NCBI GenBank assembly: GCA_951828515.1
Contig: OX639992.1
Location: forward strand, 4,304,509 to 4,368,508
DNA length: 64,000 bases
Direction of reading: 5' to 3'
Source of the DNA: an uncultured Poribacteria bacterium
GTDB lineage: Bacteria; Poribacteria; WGA-4E; WGA-3G
Made by a program: the position numbers and the translations under genes. Below are positions 10,664 through 21,520 of this stretch, in pieces. The notes below the pieces were generated by a model. It saw only the letters and a list, made by a program, of their open reading frames with translations, did no database searches and was not told the DNA's origin. Every line of letters starts with the position of its first letter. Position 1 is the stretch's first letter.

Positions 10664-10800
10664 TATAGTAAAACCCATAATTAAGTTTACACTCTGTAAT
10701 GCGGCGAGGTTAGGGGGAAACGCCCTATCAAAAACACCTCGCCAGCAATGTGGGGTTTTGTGTTTTCGAGAGTGTGCAAGTATTTTCGGGCTTTACTATA
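10664..10800. mobile_element. TATAGT-ended MITE-like element carrying an internal REP
   Basis: Ends TATAGTAAAACCC / GGGCTTTACTATA; ends related to elements at 21336, 46767, 50506. Confidence 0.6.
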
Positions 10801-11764
10801 AATTGAATAATTTTATGGCGTTTTCACTGAAAATTCGCGCTTTATCTGCTTCACGGATGGGCATCTCCTCGATTAAACGGACGAATCGTGGCATATCCAC
10901 CCACGGGTGGTCTGTCCCGAATAACAAGCGGTCCGCGCCAGAATACTCGTAGGCGTACCGCAATGCCTGCACCGATGGTGAGACAGTGTCCAGATAAATA
11001 CGTCGCAGATACATGCTCGGCGGTTGTGTGATATTCTCTCTGGCTCTCCCTAAAACTTCTGTCTGATGGTCAATCCTGCCGCTCATATAGGGTAGAATGC
11101 CACCGACGTGCGGCATCACGATTTGGAGATGTGGGTGTCGTTCGAGAATCCCGCTCAGAATTAGTCGTAAAAGTGCGAAACTGTTATCCACCTGTAACCC
11201 CATCATACCGATCATCCAGTGGTCTTTAATTGCCTCACCCCAGGTCGGGACGGTAGGGTGCATCACAATCGGCATACTGAGTGTTTCGGCGTGTGTATAG
11301 ACGGGTTCAAAGTGTGGCGCGTCGACCGGTTTCCCGCCGATATGGGAATAGAGCATGATCCCACGAAAACCGAGTCCTTTCACCCGATCCATTTCTGTGA
11401 TGGCTTCATCTGGATTTTGCCATGGAAGGCATGCCAATCCTGCGAACCGATGTGGATGTGCATCCACGAGTTCGGCGATGGCATCGTTGATGGCTTGTGC
11501 ACCCTTATTCCCTAATTCAGGCGCGAGCATGCAGGGTGGCGGTATATTGGTACTGAGCAGTGCCATATCGACACCTGCTTCGTCCATATCCTTGAGTTTT
11601 CTCTTTGGATCGTAGGCTTCGTCTTGTAGACGGAATGTCTGGACATCGCCGTACGTAACGACAGATTCCGTCCCGCGCCGGATAACTTGGGGCGGATGTG
11701 GGTTCTGCGCGAGGATTTCGGTATAGGCGTTTGGAAATATGTGGCTCTGACAATCGATTCGCAT
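10796..11764 (-). CDS. Amidohydrolase_2 family protein (ACMSD/decarboxylase-like)
   Basis: IDCQSH, IVMHP, PHVGG, LFGTDHP. Confidence 0.85.
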   Translation of the reverse strand: MRIDCQSHIFPNAYTEILAQNPHPPQVIRRGTESVVTYGDVQTFRLQDEAYDPKRKLKDMDEAGVDMALLSTNIPPPCMLAPELGNKGAQAINDAIAELVDAHPHRFAGLACLPWQNPDEAITEMDRVKGLGFRGIMLYSHIGGKPVDAPHFEPVYTHAETLSMPIVMHPTVPTWGEAIKDHWMIGMMGLQVDNSFALLRLILSGILERHPHLQIVMPHVGGILPYMSGRIDHQTEVLGRARENITQPPSMYLRRIYLDTVSPSVQALRYAYEYSGADRLLFGTDHPWVDMPRFVRLIEEMPIREADKARIFSENAIKLFNL

Positions 11765-11992
11765 TTTTTGAGTCAAAGATGTTTTATTTTTATGTGTCTT
11801 TCAGTATGCCATGTCTAACCCTTTTTTATCAAGGAATCTTTTTTAAATTATTGCGATTCGCGACACCTTGTGCTATCATCTAATACCATTTCTACACGCT
11901 AACCGCAGGCGACTTCACCGCAACGCGCAAACTGCTAATCCGGAAATAATACCTAATTCGCTAAATGTATCGCGTGTTCCCTCGAAAACCTT

Positions 11993-12021
11993 TTGCGTAT
12001 CAAGACGGTTCGTGTTATTAT
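11993..12021 (+). promoter_or_regulatory. Promoter TTGCGT-17-(TGn)TATTAT, probably giving a leaderless mRNA
   Basis: -10 ends 7 nt before ATG 12029; no RBS. Confidence 0.5.
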
Positions 12022-12028
12022 ATAAAAT

Positions 12029-12526
12029 ATGACAACGCATTCTGGAAAAAATAGGCATCGTGTTTACATTGACGCAATGATACCGAGTTATCTCGTCGCG
12101 CCTTTAAGCCGTGCCCCCAAAATAGCAGAATGGCAAAGAATCACGCGTGAATTTTGGCAGGACTCCCGTTTTGAATTTATCTTGTCAGATTATGTTATTG
12201 ATGAAATATCAATCGGTGATAGAAATCAAGCCTCGAATAGATTACGCGCAGTTGCGAAAGTTCCTGTCATAGTTGTTCGGCATTTTGATTTAGCGTTCGC
12301 GGACCGGTTGATACATCAGAAGGCACTTCCGCTGGAAGCTCTTACTGATGCTGTTCACATAGCGGTTACGGCAAGACGTTCTATACCCTATTTAGCAACG
12401 TGGAATTTCGCGCACCTTGCAAATGCAAATACGCGCTCAAAAATTGAACGGATTTGTCAAGATGAGGGTTATTCGCCTCCCCGTATTGATACCCCAGAGG
12501 CGATATTGGAGGCAATCAATGTGTGA
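12029..12526 (+). CDS. PIN-domain protein (toxin-like)
   Basis: VYID..IPSYL, S.YVIDEI, DAVHIA, TWNFAHLAN. Confidence 0.85.
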   Translation: MTTHSGKNRHRVYIDAMIPSYLVAPLSRAPKIAEWQRITREFWQDSRFEFILSDYVIDEISIGDRNQASNRLRAVAKVPVIVVRHFDLAFADRLIHQKALPLEALTDAVHIAVTARRSIPYLATWNFAHLANANTRSKIERICQDEGYSPPRIDTPEAILEAINV

Positions 12527-12701
12527 AGATCCTGGGAAAGACATCCTTGAAGCAAAAGCACGGATCGCCGCTCTTTTCGGTGACTTGGAAACCTATATGG
12601 AATTCGCGATGAAGCGACAAGAGAAGCGTATAAAACAGGGCATAAAATATATAGATTTACCAATCGTCCGCGTAAAGAAACCAGAAAAGCCTGAGGCTTA
12701 A
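12519..12701 (+). CDS. Small putative antitoxin downstream of PIN gene (60 aa)
   Basis: ATG 12519 overlaps PIN stop, RBS GGAGG; MCEDPGKDILEAKARIAA... Confidence 0.6.
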   Translation: MCEDPGKDILEAKARIAALFGDLETYMEFAMKRQEKRIKQGIKYIDLPIVRVKKPEKPEA

Positions 12702-12788
12702 GTCCTTGGGCTACATAACCAAAGAGAGAAGATGCGCATGAACAACTGGAAAATCTTTATTATTCTCCTTAAGGTATTATGTCCTGCA

Positions 12789-15700
12789 CTATTGACTCCA
12801 TTTGACGACACAGTTAGATGGCACCTCTCGGACAAACATGGACGATGCCCGATCCCGATCCCCGAAACGATACACGACGGAACTCAGGTAAAGCTGCGCT
12901 TGCGCGCGCGTCATACCGACATAGAAAAGACGGCGCTCCTCTTCAAGATCTGCTTCTGTGATGTTCTGCCGCCACATCGGGAAACTCCCCTCCTCCATAC
13001 CGATAATGATAACGACCGGAAATTCTGTCCCTTTCGCCGCATGCAAGGTCATTAACGTCAACTGCTCAGTTTTGTCGTCGAGTTCGTCAATATTAGTGAG
13101 GAGTTTCTGATAATCCAGGAAGTTGATAAGTCCATGCTCATCGCTAATCAACTCGAAGTGGAGGACCGCGTTCATGAACTGAATTCGGCGTTGTCGCCAG
13201 TCAGCATCTTCTGGGAACTCACGGATGGCGGCATCTTGTAACGTTTCTATATGTTCTCTCGCGTGTGCCGCTTCTGTAGGATCAAGGGGTAGATTCTCCA
13301 ACGATACGATGTTGTGTGTCTGGACGAAGCGTTTCGCGACAGTTAAGAACATATTGGTCTCCGTTAAAGCCGCCTCTGGAGGAGCGACCCCTTCGGTTTT
13401 CGCAAGGATACCAAGCCCAACAAACGGTAGCAATTCAGGGAGCGATTTCGCCTCACGTTTGTGAGCATCGATTCTGATGAGTTCTTTAAATATCTCTCGA
13501 TTGACTCTGGTGTCCTCTAAGGCACTATGTAAACGTCCGTGTTCAATCTCAAATTTTTCGGCAAGCGCACCCATGCTACAGCGTTGTCGTGGGAAAAGCC
13601 TACGCGCTGTGGCGAGTGTATCGTAATGTGGTGCCGATAAATCCGTTTTCAAATACCTTCTCAGGTCTCGTGCAAGAATGGGATTGTCATATTCCGCTAC
13701 ATTGTGTCCAATCAGAATTCTATCCTGGATAAACCCGAGGAATTCAGGCAACACCATTTCAATGCCCGGTGAACTCTTGACGGTCTCTGTATCAACGCCA
13801 TGGATGCGCGTCGCTGACTGCGGAATGTGTCCGCCTGGTGGTCTGACCAAGCGATAATACCGCTCGACTTCATTTCCTGTTCCACCGAGACGGTGCGCCG
13901 CTATTTCAACGATTTCCGCTGTTTTTGGGTTGAGTCCAGTCGTCTCCAAATCGTAAACGACCATGTCTGCCATGTTTGGGGTCTCAAAACGATTCACAAG
14001 CCGTTGGCAGAGTTTGAGTGCTGTAATGCTATGGATCCCTTCTGCTTCCAAGCGAAGCACGTCCGTGTTTGCTATATCCGCTGTGCCGATGAGGATTGTT
14101 CGCGCGTCCCGGGCACTTTCTCCGATTTCCTCAAAATCGCCGATAAGCAGATGGACCCCGTTTTCGTTCGGTTTAGGACTGTTTCCATCAGGCGGCAACA
14201 ACTGGAGTTCTGCAGTGTGATTCAGGTCAGTTTCAAGCGTCTGGTAGATAATATGCGCCGCACAGTACTCGTCAATCCCGTGGCTGGCGGTAATCTGAAC
14301 CGGCTCACCGAGAGTCAGCGCGCTGTAGAGGACATCTTGCACAGTTACCAGATTCGGCATCTCCGGTTGTTTTTCGATGATCTCCAGTTCTTCAGCGCGG
14401 TAGGGAGTCCGAGAACGTTCTAAAGTATCAAAGAGTTTCGGGATAATTTTATCAACCCGCTCGTCTTCAATTTCAGTCGATAATCTCTCAAGCTGTGTCC
14501 AAAATTGACGGACATTTCGGCGCGTTAGGGGACCGACGTCCTGTGGATATGCTTCGATATTTTTCAGAAGTTCGACAAAAGCAATATCTTCACGTTGTGC
14601 GAGCCATTTCAGGCGCACCCATGTTAAGTCGTCGATGCAAGTTTCAGGGAAATTGATTGCCGCTTCCAAATCTTGCGGGAGTTGCCACTGGATGAAACGG
14701 AGATACGCCAGGATACTTTTGCTATTTTCTTCCGCAAAGGAGGGAGTCGGTTGGATTCGCTGGAATTGGATATGTTGCCGTAGCAACTGTTCTTCCAGAA
14801 CATCCGCGAGTCTGTGTGTGCGGTAAAAAATGGCAATATCGCGATAAGAATAGTTGCGTTGCGTTACCAAGTTCTGGATGACGTTAATGATGCCGTGCGC
14901 TTCCGCTATAGGTGTGTCAAAGGTATAGTGAAAGATGTCACGTCCCGCGTCCTTATGGGTTCTGAGGGTGTGCTGTCTCTGCCGTTCCGTGTTTCTGGAG
15001 ATGACTTCCTCTGCGGCGCGCAAAATCTTCTCGCTACACCGATAGTGGTCGTCTAAAGCGAGTTCTTTCGGATCGTAATCAGTTCTGAAGTCGTCAATAT
15101 ACGCTGGGTTCGAGCCTCGCCAACTATAGATCGCCTGATCTTCGTCAGCGACTATCATGAGATTGTGTTCGGGCGGCGCACAGAGCAGTTGGAGTAAGTG
15201 ATACTGTACGCTGTTTACATCGTGGAATTCGTCAACGAGGATATGGGCAATTGCTTTGTGATAGTCTTGCTGGACATCTTCCACCTGTTCAAACAACTCG
15301 ACAGCCTTCACAAGGAGATCGTCGAAATCGAGCGCATCGTATGCCGCAAGTTTGTCTTGGTAGCTTCGCAGGACGTTTCGGATATTTTCGGCGGTCTCCG
15401 GATCATGAATGTCCGAGGCATCTACGGCATCAACCGGATTCTGCGATTTACATTTGGCATCGCTCAGGATATTACGAAGTTGCCAGGGTGGATAATCATC
15501 GGTGTTGAGGTTCAAAGCACGGACGCTTTCTGTGAGAATCTCATCTTGGAGTTCCTGATCGAAGATAGTGAAGTTTTCGCTTAATCCGATCCGCAGGGCG
15601 TGCTTTCGGAGCACTTTAACGCAAAATGCGTGGAAGGTACTGACTTTAATATTGGAACCGTGCGGTTCGCCGATCTCGGTGTTGACGCGTTCCTGCATCT

Positions 15701-15896
15701 CTTGCGCGGCTTTATTAGTAAAGGTGATCGCAAGGATGTTCTCCGCCTTGATACCGTGTTCGCGAATCAGATAAGCAATACGATGTGTGATAACTCTTGT
15801 TTTCCCTGTACCGGGACCTGCGATAACAAGGAGTGGACCATTTTTATGTGTTACGGCTTCTGTCTGTTTTTCATTTAATTCATGAAGAATGTTCAT
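12789..15896 (-). CDS. UvrD/PcrA superfamily-1 helicase with inserted DEDDh 3'-5' exonuclease domain
   Basis: AGPGTGKT, DEFHD, DQAIYSWRG, TLHAAKGTEF, EERRLFYVGMTRA; insert DLETTG, GHNV..YD, HSALED. Confidence 0.9.
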   Translation of the reverse strand: MNILHELNEKQTEAVTHKNGPLLVIAGPGTGKTRVITHRIAYLIREHGIKAENILAITFTNKAAQEMQERVNTEIGEPHGSNIKVSTFHAFCVKVLRKHALRIGLSENFTIFDQELQDEILTESVRALNLNTDDYPPWQLRNILSDAKCKSQNPVDAVDASDIHDPETAENIRNVLRSYQDKLAAYDALDFDDLLVKAVELFEQVEDVQQDYHKAIAHILVDEFHDVNSVQYHLLQLLCAPPEHNLMIVADEDQAIYSWRGSNPAYIDDFRTDYDPKELALDDHYRCSEKILRAAEEVISRNTERQRQHTLRTHKDAGRDIFHYTFDTPIAEAHGIINVIQNLVTQRNYSYRDIAIFYRTHRLADVLEEQLLRQHIQFQRIQPTPSFAEENSKSILAYLRFIQWQLPQDLEAAINFPETCIDDLTWVRLKWLAQREDIAFVELLKNIEAYPQDVGPLTRRNVRQFWTQLERLSTEIEDERVDKIIPKLFDTLERSRTPYRAEELEIIEKQPEMPNLVTVQDVLYSALTLGEPVQITASHGIDEYCAAHIIYQTLETDLNHTAELQLLPPDGNSPKPNENGVHLLIGDFEEIGESARDARTILIGTADIANTDVLRLEAEGIHSITALKLCQRLVNRFETPNMADMVVYDLETTGLNPKTAEIVEIAAHRLGGTGNEVERYYRLVRPPGGHIPQSATRIHGVDTETVKSSPGIEMVLPEFLGFIQDRILIGHNVAEYDNPILARDLRRYLKTDLSAPHYDTLATARRLFPRQRCSMGALAEKFEIEHGRLHSALEDTRVNREIFKELIRIDAHKREAKSLPELLPFVGLGILAKTEGVAPPEAALTETNMFLTVAKRFVQTHNIVSLENLPLDPTEAAHAREHIETLQDAAIREFPEDADWRQRRIQFMNAVLHFELISDEHGLINFLDYQKLLTNIDELDDKTEQLTLMTLHAAKGTEFPVVIIIGMEEGSFPMWRQNITEADLEEERRLFYVGMTRAQAQLYLSSVVYRFGDRDRASSMFVREVPSNCVVKWSQ

Positions 15897-15960
15897 CGGG
15901 GTTCCCTCCGTACATTCTATTGCAAATTTGTGTGCTTTTTAGAGTCGGTATAATAATTAT

Positions 15961-16085
15961 TAGGACTTACACATTGATGCGATAAATCGCATCACTACAA
16001 ACATAAGGAACTTTGAAGGATGCCCGTTTCTCAAAAGGTGCCTGGTTCGTAGTGGCGCAATTCATTGCGCCTTGCGTAAGTCCTG
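15961..16085. repeat. MITE-like element with AGGACTTAC/GTAAGTCCT ends and internal GTAG-type REPs
   Basis: TAGGACTTACACA ... TGCGTAAGTCCTG; another end near 35723-35735. Confidence 0.55.
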
Positions 16086-16381
16086 AATTATGTCAAAATA
16101 TAGCCGTTCTCCGCTATGAATTCGTTATGGATATTATACCGCATTCAGCGCGAAAAAGCAAGGTATTTTGGGGATAAATAGGGCTATTGAGTTCTCCGTT
16201 TTTTCCCGTTTTTTGATCCCAGTCCCGGCACCCCCAGTCCCGGCACCTCCTGGTCCGGTAGGGTTTTTGCTTGGGTGTTTCTTCACTGTTTTCAACTGCG
16301 CCGGAGTTTACCCACGACCCTTTCTCAACCAAGAAGCGTCTATAATCCTGAAAATCCTTGAATCCTGAAAATCCTGATTCA

Positions 16382-16961
16382 GACAATTAACCTCGCACAT
16401 TCCCCTCCAATTCGACCTCGTTTCCAAATTACCCGTCTGTTTTTGAAAAAAGTCCCTGAAATTCATGAAATTGTGCTTTTTTTCGGGCAAGTTATACAAA
16501 TTTGATTTGACTTCGTATGTCGGATCAAAGTATAATTTAATCTTAATAGGTTAATAAAAATGTATTTTAGAATAATTGTAAAAGTAGACCTAAAAGGTTT
16601 TCGGGCAGGTTATACAAATTTGATTTGACTTGTATTTCAGATTAAAGTATAATAATATCTTAATAGGTCTATAAAAATGTATTTTAGAATAATCATGAAA
16701 ATAGACCTGAAAGGACAGTGATATTTTTCCGTAGACGGAGATCTTGCCACGTCTGCTATATTTCACAAGAAGATTTGTGTGAGAGACACGTTTACGTCCC
16801 TCTATTCACAAACCGACATCTTATAATGTAGGTTGGGTTGCGCCACAAGCGAAACCTAACACTACCCTAAAATGGAAGGAACTGAAACTATGAACGCTTT
16901 TCGATACTTTTTGCGATTTTACTGGCACTCATTTGTATCCCTCATATCACGAGTGCTCAAG
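16382..16961 (+). repeat. Copy 1 of duplicated promoter/leader/signal-peptide block (copy 2 at 21521-21978), with internal ~117 bp tandem duplication
   Basis: Direct alignment by eye; units 16481-16597 and 16599-16714. Confidence 0.9.
16507..16653 (+). promoter_or_regulatory. Tandem sigma70 promoters TTGACT-18-TATAAT and TTGACT-17-TATAAT
   Basis: 16507-16536 and 16625-16653. Confidence 0.7.
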
Positions 16962-18910
16962 AAAACGATGAAGGTCAAGGAGAGGGTGCTGAAATCCCGG
17001 AAACCGATGAATCCGATGCCGTAGAGATTACCGATACCAACTTAGCCTCGGCAATCCGTAGCACGCTTGGCTTAGGGACGGATGCGGAGATAACCGCATC
17101 GGATATGCTGAATCTCACGAGTCTGCAAGCCAAGAAAGCAGGGATCAGCGACCTGAGCGGCTTGGCGCATGCGACGCACCTCACGACGCTCAATCTCGCT
17201 TCAAACTCAATTAGCAATCTCAGTCCGCTGAAAGACTTGCTGAGTCTCAATCACCTCGACCTCTACTCGAATCAAGTAACGGATCTCGGTTCGCTCTCAG
17301 GCCTCGAAAGTCTGACCTCCTTAGAGGTCGGTAAAAATGTGATTACCGACATAGAGGCTCTTGGAGACTTGACATCTCTGACGTCCCTGTATCTTGATGA
17401 TAATAAGTTGACAGACTTCAGCGATCTCTCGAGTTTGACGGGTCTGAGCGTGTTGAGTCTGAGTAAGACGGGTATCAGCGATCTCAGCGTGCTTGAGAAG
17501 CTAACGAACCTAACGCAGTTATATCTGACGGGCAACGAGATCAGTAGCATCACTGCGTTGTCAAAGTTGCCGAAGTTGGGTTGGTTATTTCTTGCGCAGA
17601 ATCAGATAAGTGATGTCAGTCCACTTGTGGGTGTGGAGAGTTTGATGTCGTTGCGTCTGTTGGGGAATCCAGTATCGGATGCGTCACTGCTTTATCCATT
17701 GACGCAAGGGGGCCTGATAGATGTCGATATTGAGATACCGCCCCCGTCGGATACAGACCCTCCGAGTGTAGTGATTACGGTTCCCACGACTGCTCAGAAT
17801 GGCGCGTTTGATGTAACGATAATGTTCAGTGAAGCCGTCTCCGGCTTTGAGCAATCGGATCTGTCGATCTCCGGGGCAGCCACTGCGACTGTCACGGCGT
17901 GGTCCTCTACAGACGACACCGTCTTTACTGCGACGATTACGCCGACGAGGGATAGCGAGATGATGCTGAGTGTCGCCGCGGGTGTTGCCACCGATGCCGC
18001 AAACAATAACAATACGGCTTCGGAGACACTGACGGTCACCGTAGATATGACTTCACCGGGTGTCAGTCTTTCTGTGCCAGCAGATGCTCAGAATGGTGCG
18101 TTTGATGTAACCATCACGTTCACGCAGGTAGTTTCCAACTTTTTGCAAGCAGACCTGACGCTTTCCGGGACAGCGGCTGCGACTGTCACGGCGTGGTCCT
18201 CTACAGACGATAGGGTCTATACCGCCACAGTTACGCCAACGACGAGTGGGAATGTGGTGCTGAGTATCGCCGCGGGTGTCGCCACGGATGCCGCAGGCAA
18301 CCAAAACACGGCTTCCGACTCCCAGACTGTGACTGTGACACTGGAATGGATGCCGGATGCCAACCTCAAAGCTGCCGTTCGAGGCGCGCTTGGGCTTCAA
18401 GCAGAGGAGACACTCACCACGGCGAAAATGACAGAACTGCGGACACTGGATGCCCCATTGCGCGAGATAGAGAAGCTCACGGGGTTGGAACATGCCACGA
18501 GCCTGACGAATTTAGATCTGGGTGACAATTCGATAAGCGACATCAAGCCTCTTGAAGATTTGACGAGCCTGACGAATTTAGAACTGGATGACAATTCGAT
18601 AAGCGACATCAAGCCTCTTGAAGATTTGACGAGCCTGAAGGAGTTAGATCTGAGAGACAATTCGATAAGCGACATCAAGCCTCTTGAAGATTTGACGAGC
18701 CTGATGAAGTTAAATCTGGCAACGAATTCGATCAGCGATGTGAGTGATCTTAAAGGCTTGACGAACCTGACGGATTTATGGCTTGGAGGGAATTCGATAA
18801 GCGATGTGAGTGATCTTAAAGACTTGACGAACCTGACATCGTTATATCTGACGGCGAATTCGATCAGCGATGTGAGTGATCTTAAAGACTTGACGAGCCT
18901 GACAATGCTA

Positions 18911-20147
18911 GTAGTGTGTCAACCTTCTGTTGAAGGATATAGTTTGTTGAGTTTGATCCGTGCATCGTCGGTCGTAAACCGCCACTTGACCGTGGCACGT
19001 TGCTGATTTCTTCGGTCTTGCCATGCCTGGACCTCGCGCTTGAGGGTCTGTTGGTCGGGGATACGCCTTGAAAGGCATTGCCTGCTGAGGACGGAAAACT
19101 CAATCTCGGCGATGTTCAACCAACTGCCATGCTTCGGGGTATAGTGAAACTCTAACTTTTCAGCGATCCGATCCGCTTCGTCGGCTTCAAATGCCTTATA
19201 CAAAGAACCGAGTTTATGTGTATTGAGATTATCGCAAACCAGCAGAATCTTTTCTGCGTCTGGAAAATGCACATCGACGATATCTCGGCAGATATGTGCG
19301 AAATCAATGCTCGTGCGTTGGTCGGTGACTTCAACGTGTCGAAATCCGAAAAAGGGTGCGAAAATCATAAACAGATTGCTGACGCCATTGCGTTTATATT
19401 CAGGATCATATCGGTAAGGTTTCCCCGGACTTAGGGGCAGCGGCGGACGCATTTCCTGAAGGTGCTGTTTATTCGTCTCATCGACACACACCACAGGATA
19501 CCTCGGGTCTTCAGGGCGCCCATAGAGGTCTAAGATGCCTTCCATCGCCGTCACGAATGCCTCCGAAGCTTCTGCTGGGATACACCAGCACTGCTTGCGC
19601 CAGGGACGCAGTTCGTTTTTTTTAGCACCTGTCGGATGCTTTCATGAGAAATACTTGAAAAATGGTGGAGCTCCACCATTTTCTCAGCTAACAGACGCAA
19701 CGTCCAGCAGGCATGCCCCTCTGGCGGATCCGAACAGGCCAAGGCGATGAGATGTGCCTCTTTTTCGCCATCAAACTTTTTCGGTCTTGAGACCTGAGAG
19801 GGCTTTCTCGGGAGCAGGGCGGCTTCGAGACCTTCAAGCGCAAAGGTTTTACGCACGCGCTGAATAGTAGACAGGGAGACATCAAGACCTGCTTTTATCG
19901 CCTTATCGAGGAAAGCGGGTCCAAACTCGCCCGCGTCTGCTTTCAACAAGATCCGGGCGTGCGTGAGTTTTCTCGCAGATGCCGTGCCTGAAGTCGTCAG
20001 AGTTATCAGAGACTCTCGTTGCTCTGAGTCAAGAAGAACAGGGTAACGTTTTGCTGGCATAACAGACTCCAACTGAAAGGATTTATGACATTGACACGCA
20101 GCATACCAGTTTTCACAATAACTATCAATAGAAACTTGACACACTAC
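18911..20147 (-). mobile_element. IS630-family insertion sequence (1237 bp), TA duplication within CTAG
   Basis: Perfect TIR GTAGTGTGTCAA / TTGACACACTAC flanked by TA at 18909-10 and 20148-49. Confidence 0.95.
18919..20060 (-). CDS. IS630 transposase in two ORFs joined by a -1 frameshift at A8C
   Basis: orfA HTH (ARILLKAD, WTLRLLA), slippery CTAAAAAAAACG at 19614-19625, orfB DDE (VDET, DNLNTH, SWLNIAEIE). Confidence 0.9.
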
Positions 20148-21335
20148 TAGATATGGCTATCAATTCGATAAGTGACGTGAATCCTCTTAAAGACTTGACG
20201 AGCCTTGAGCATTTATATCTGTATGAGAATTCGGTAAGCGACGTGAGTGGTCTTAAAGACTTGGCGAGCCTGAAGCATTTATATCTGTATAAGAATTCGA
20301 TCAGCGATGTGAGTGATCTTAAAGACTTGACGAACCTGACAACGCTAGATCTGGGTAAGAATTCGATAAACGATGTGAGTGATCTTAAAGACTTGACGAA
20401 CCTGAAATCGTTACGTCTGGATCACAATTCAATAAGAAACGTGAGTGTGTTTGAGAAGTTGACGAGCCTGGAGTGGGTATGGCTTGCCGGCAACCCGATT
20501 TCGGATACGTCGCCGCTTTATGATCTTTTGTCGGCGAACGGTGGCACCATTACCTATATTGACATAGATGTTTCTCGATATGCGCCGTGGGATGTCAATA
20601 AGGACGAGAGTGTGGATGCCAGCGATGTGGCACTCGTCACCGCCGCCTTAGGACAAAGTGGTGCGGACATCATAGATTCGCGCACGGATGTCAACGGCGA
20701 TGGCACGGTGGATGCCGATGACCTGACGCTTGTCACCGAGAACCTCGATGCTGATGAGGAGGCGGCACCGTCGGCGATAGAGGGTATAGCGTCCCTCTTG
20801 GATCCCGCCGTGCTTGAATCCTTGGATCCAGAGGTGCTTGCTGCGCAGCTCTCAAGTTTGCGTTCAAAAAGCGACGGTTCTCTGAAATACTTACGTGCGA
20901 TCGCATTGCTTGAAAGTGTGTTGGCAACTCTGCGTCCAGCCGAGACGTTGCTGTTGGCGAATTACCCGAATCCGTTCAACCCTGAGACGTGGATACCGTA
21001 TCATCTGTCAAACCCAAGCCAAGTCGTGATAACCCTTTACGATGTGCGTGGCAGCGTCGTCCGCCGCTTGGAATTCGGACATCAGCGAGAAGGCTATTAC
21101 ACGAGTCGGAGTCGTGCGGCGTATTGGGACGGCAGAAATAGTATGGGTGAGCGTGTTGCGAGTGGTGTTTATCTCTATCAACTCCAGGCGGATAATATCT
21201 CCCTCCTGCGAAAGATGCTCCTCTTGAAGTAACCCCTACCCCCAAACCCGGTAGATGCGGTTTGATGAAATTTTACTAAATATGTCGGTAATTCTATGTT
21301 CTCTCCAGGCCCGGTAGGTGCGGTTTTATGCGTTT

Positions 21336-21429
21336 TATAGTAAATTCCGAAAATATCTGCACACCCCTGGTAGGTGCGGTTTCTAACCGCACCGAGTTTG
21401 GTGTAAAAGTAATTACAGAATCCACTATA
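21336..21429. mobile_element. TATAGT-ended MITE-like element with internal REP GGTAGGTGCGGTTTCTAACCGCACCG
   Basis: Near-identical to 50506-50599. Confidence 0.7.
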
Positions 21430-21520
21430 ATAAAATGTTTCGGTAATTCCATTTGGAAAAACGATTGTAGGGGATTTTTGCTTGGATGTTTCTTGGTCTT
21501 GTGCCTGCCCACACATTACC

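Larger units (their letters stand above)
16890..21232 (+). pseudogene. Secreted internalin-type LRR / Ig-like / dockerin-like protein with C-terminal sorting-like domain; 1-bp frameshift at codon 2 and IS630 insertion
   Basis: ATGAA-CGC vs ATGAAACGT in paralog; 22-aa LRRs; removing the IS rejoins ...LTMLDMAINSI... in frame; ends LLANYPNPFNPETWIPY...RKMLLLK. Confidence 0.85.

Noticed and set aside
16114-16499. Short ORFs (MSESGFSGFKDFQD..., GFLLGCFF)
   Set aside because: Derived from intergenic 9-mer repeats, REP and nested motif; likely spurious. Same for 21178-21597 and 50425-50886.
18911-19006. Apparent C-terminus of the 633-aa LRR ORF
   Set aside because: Read-through into the IS630 end; the true gene continues at 20150.
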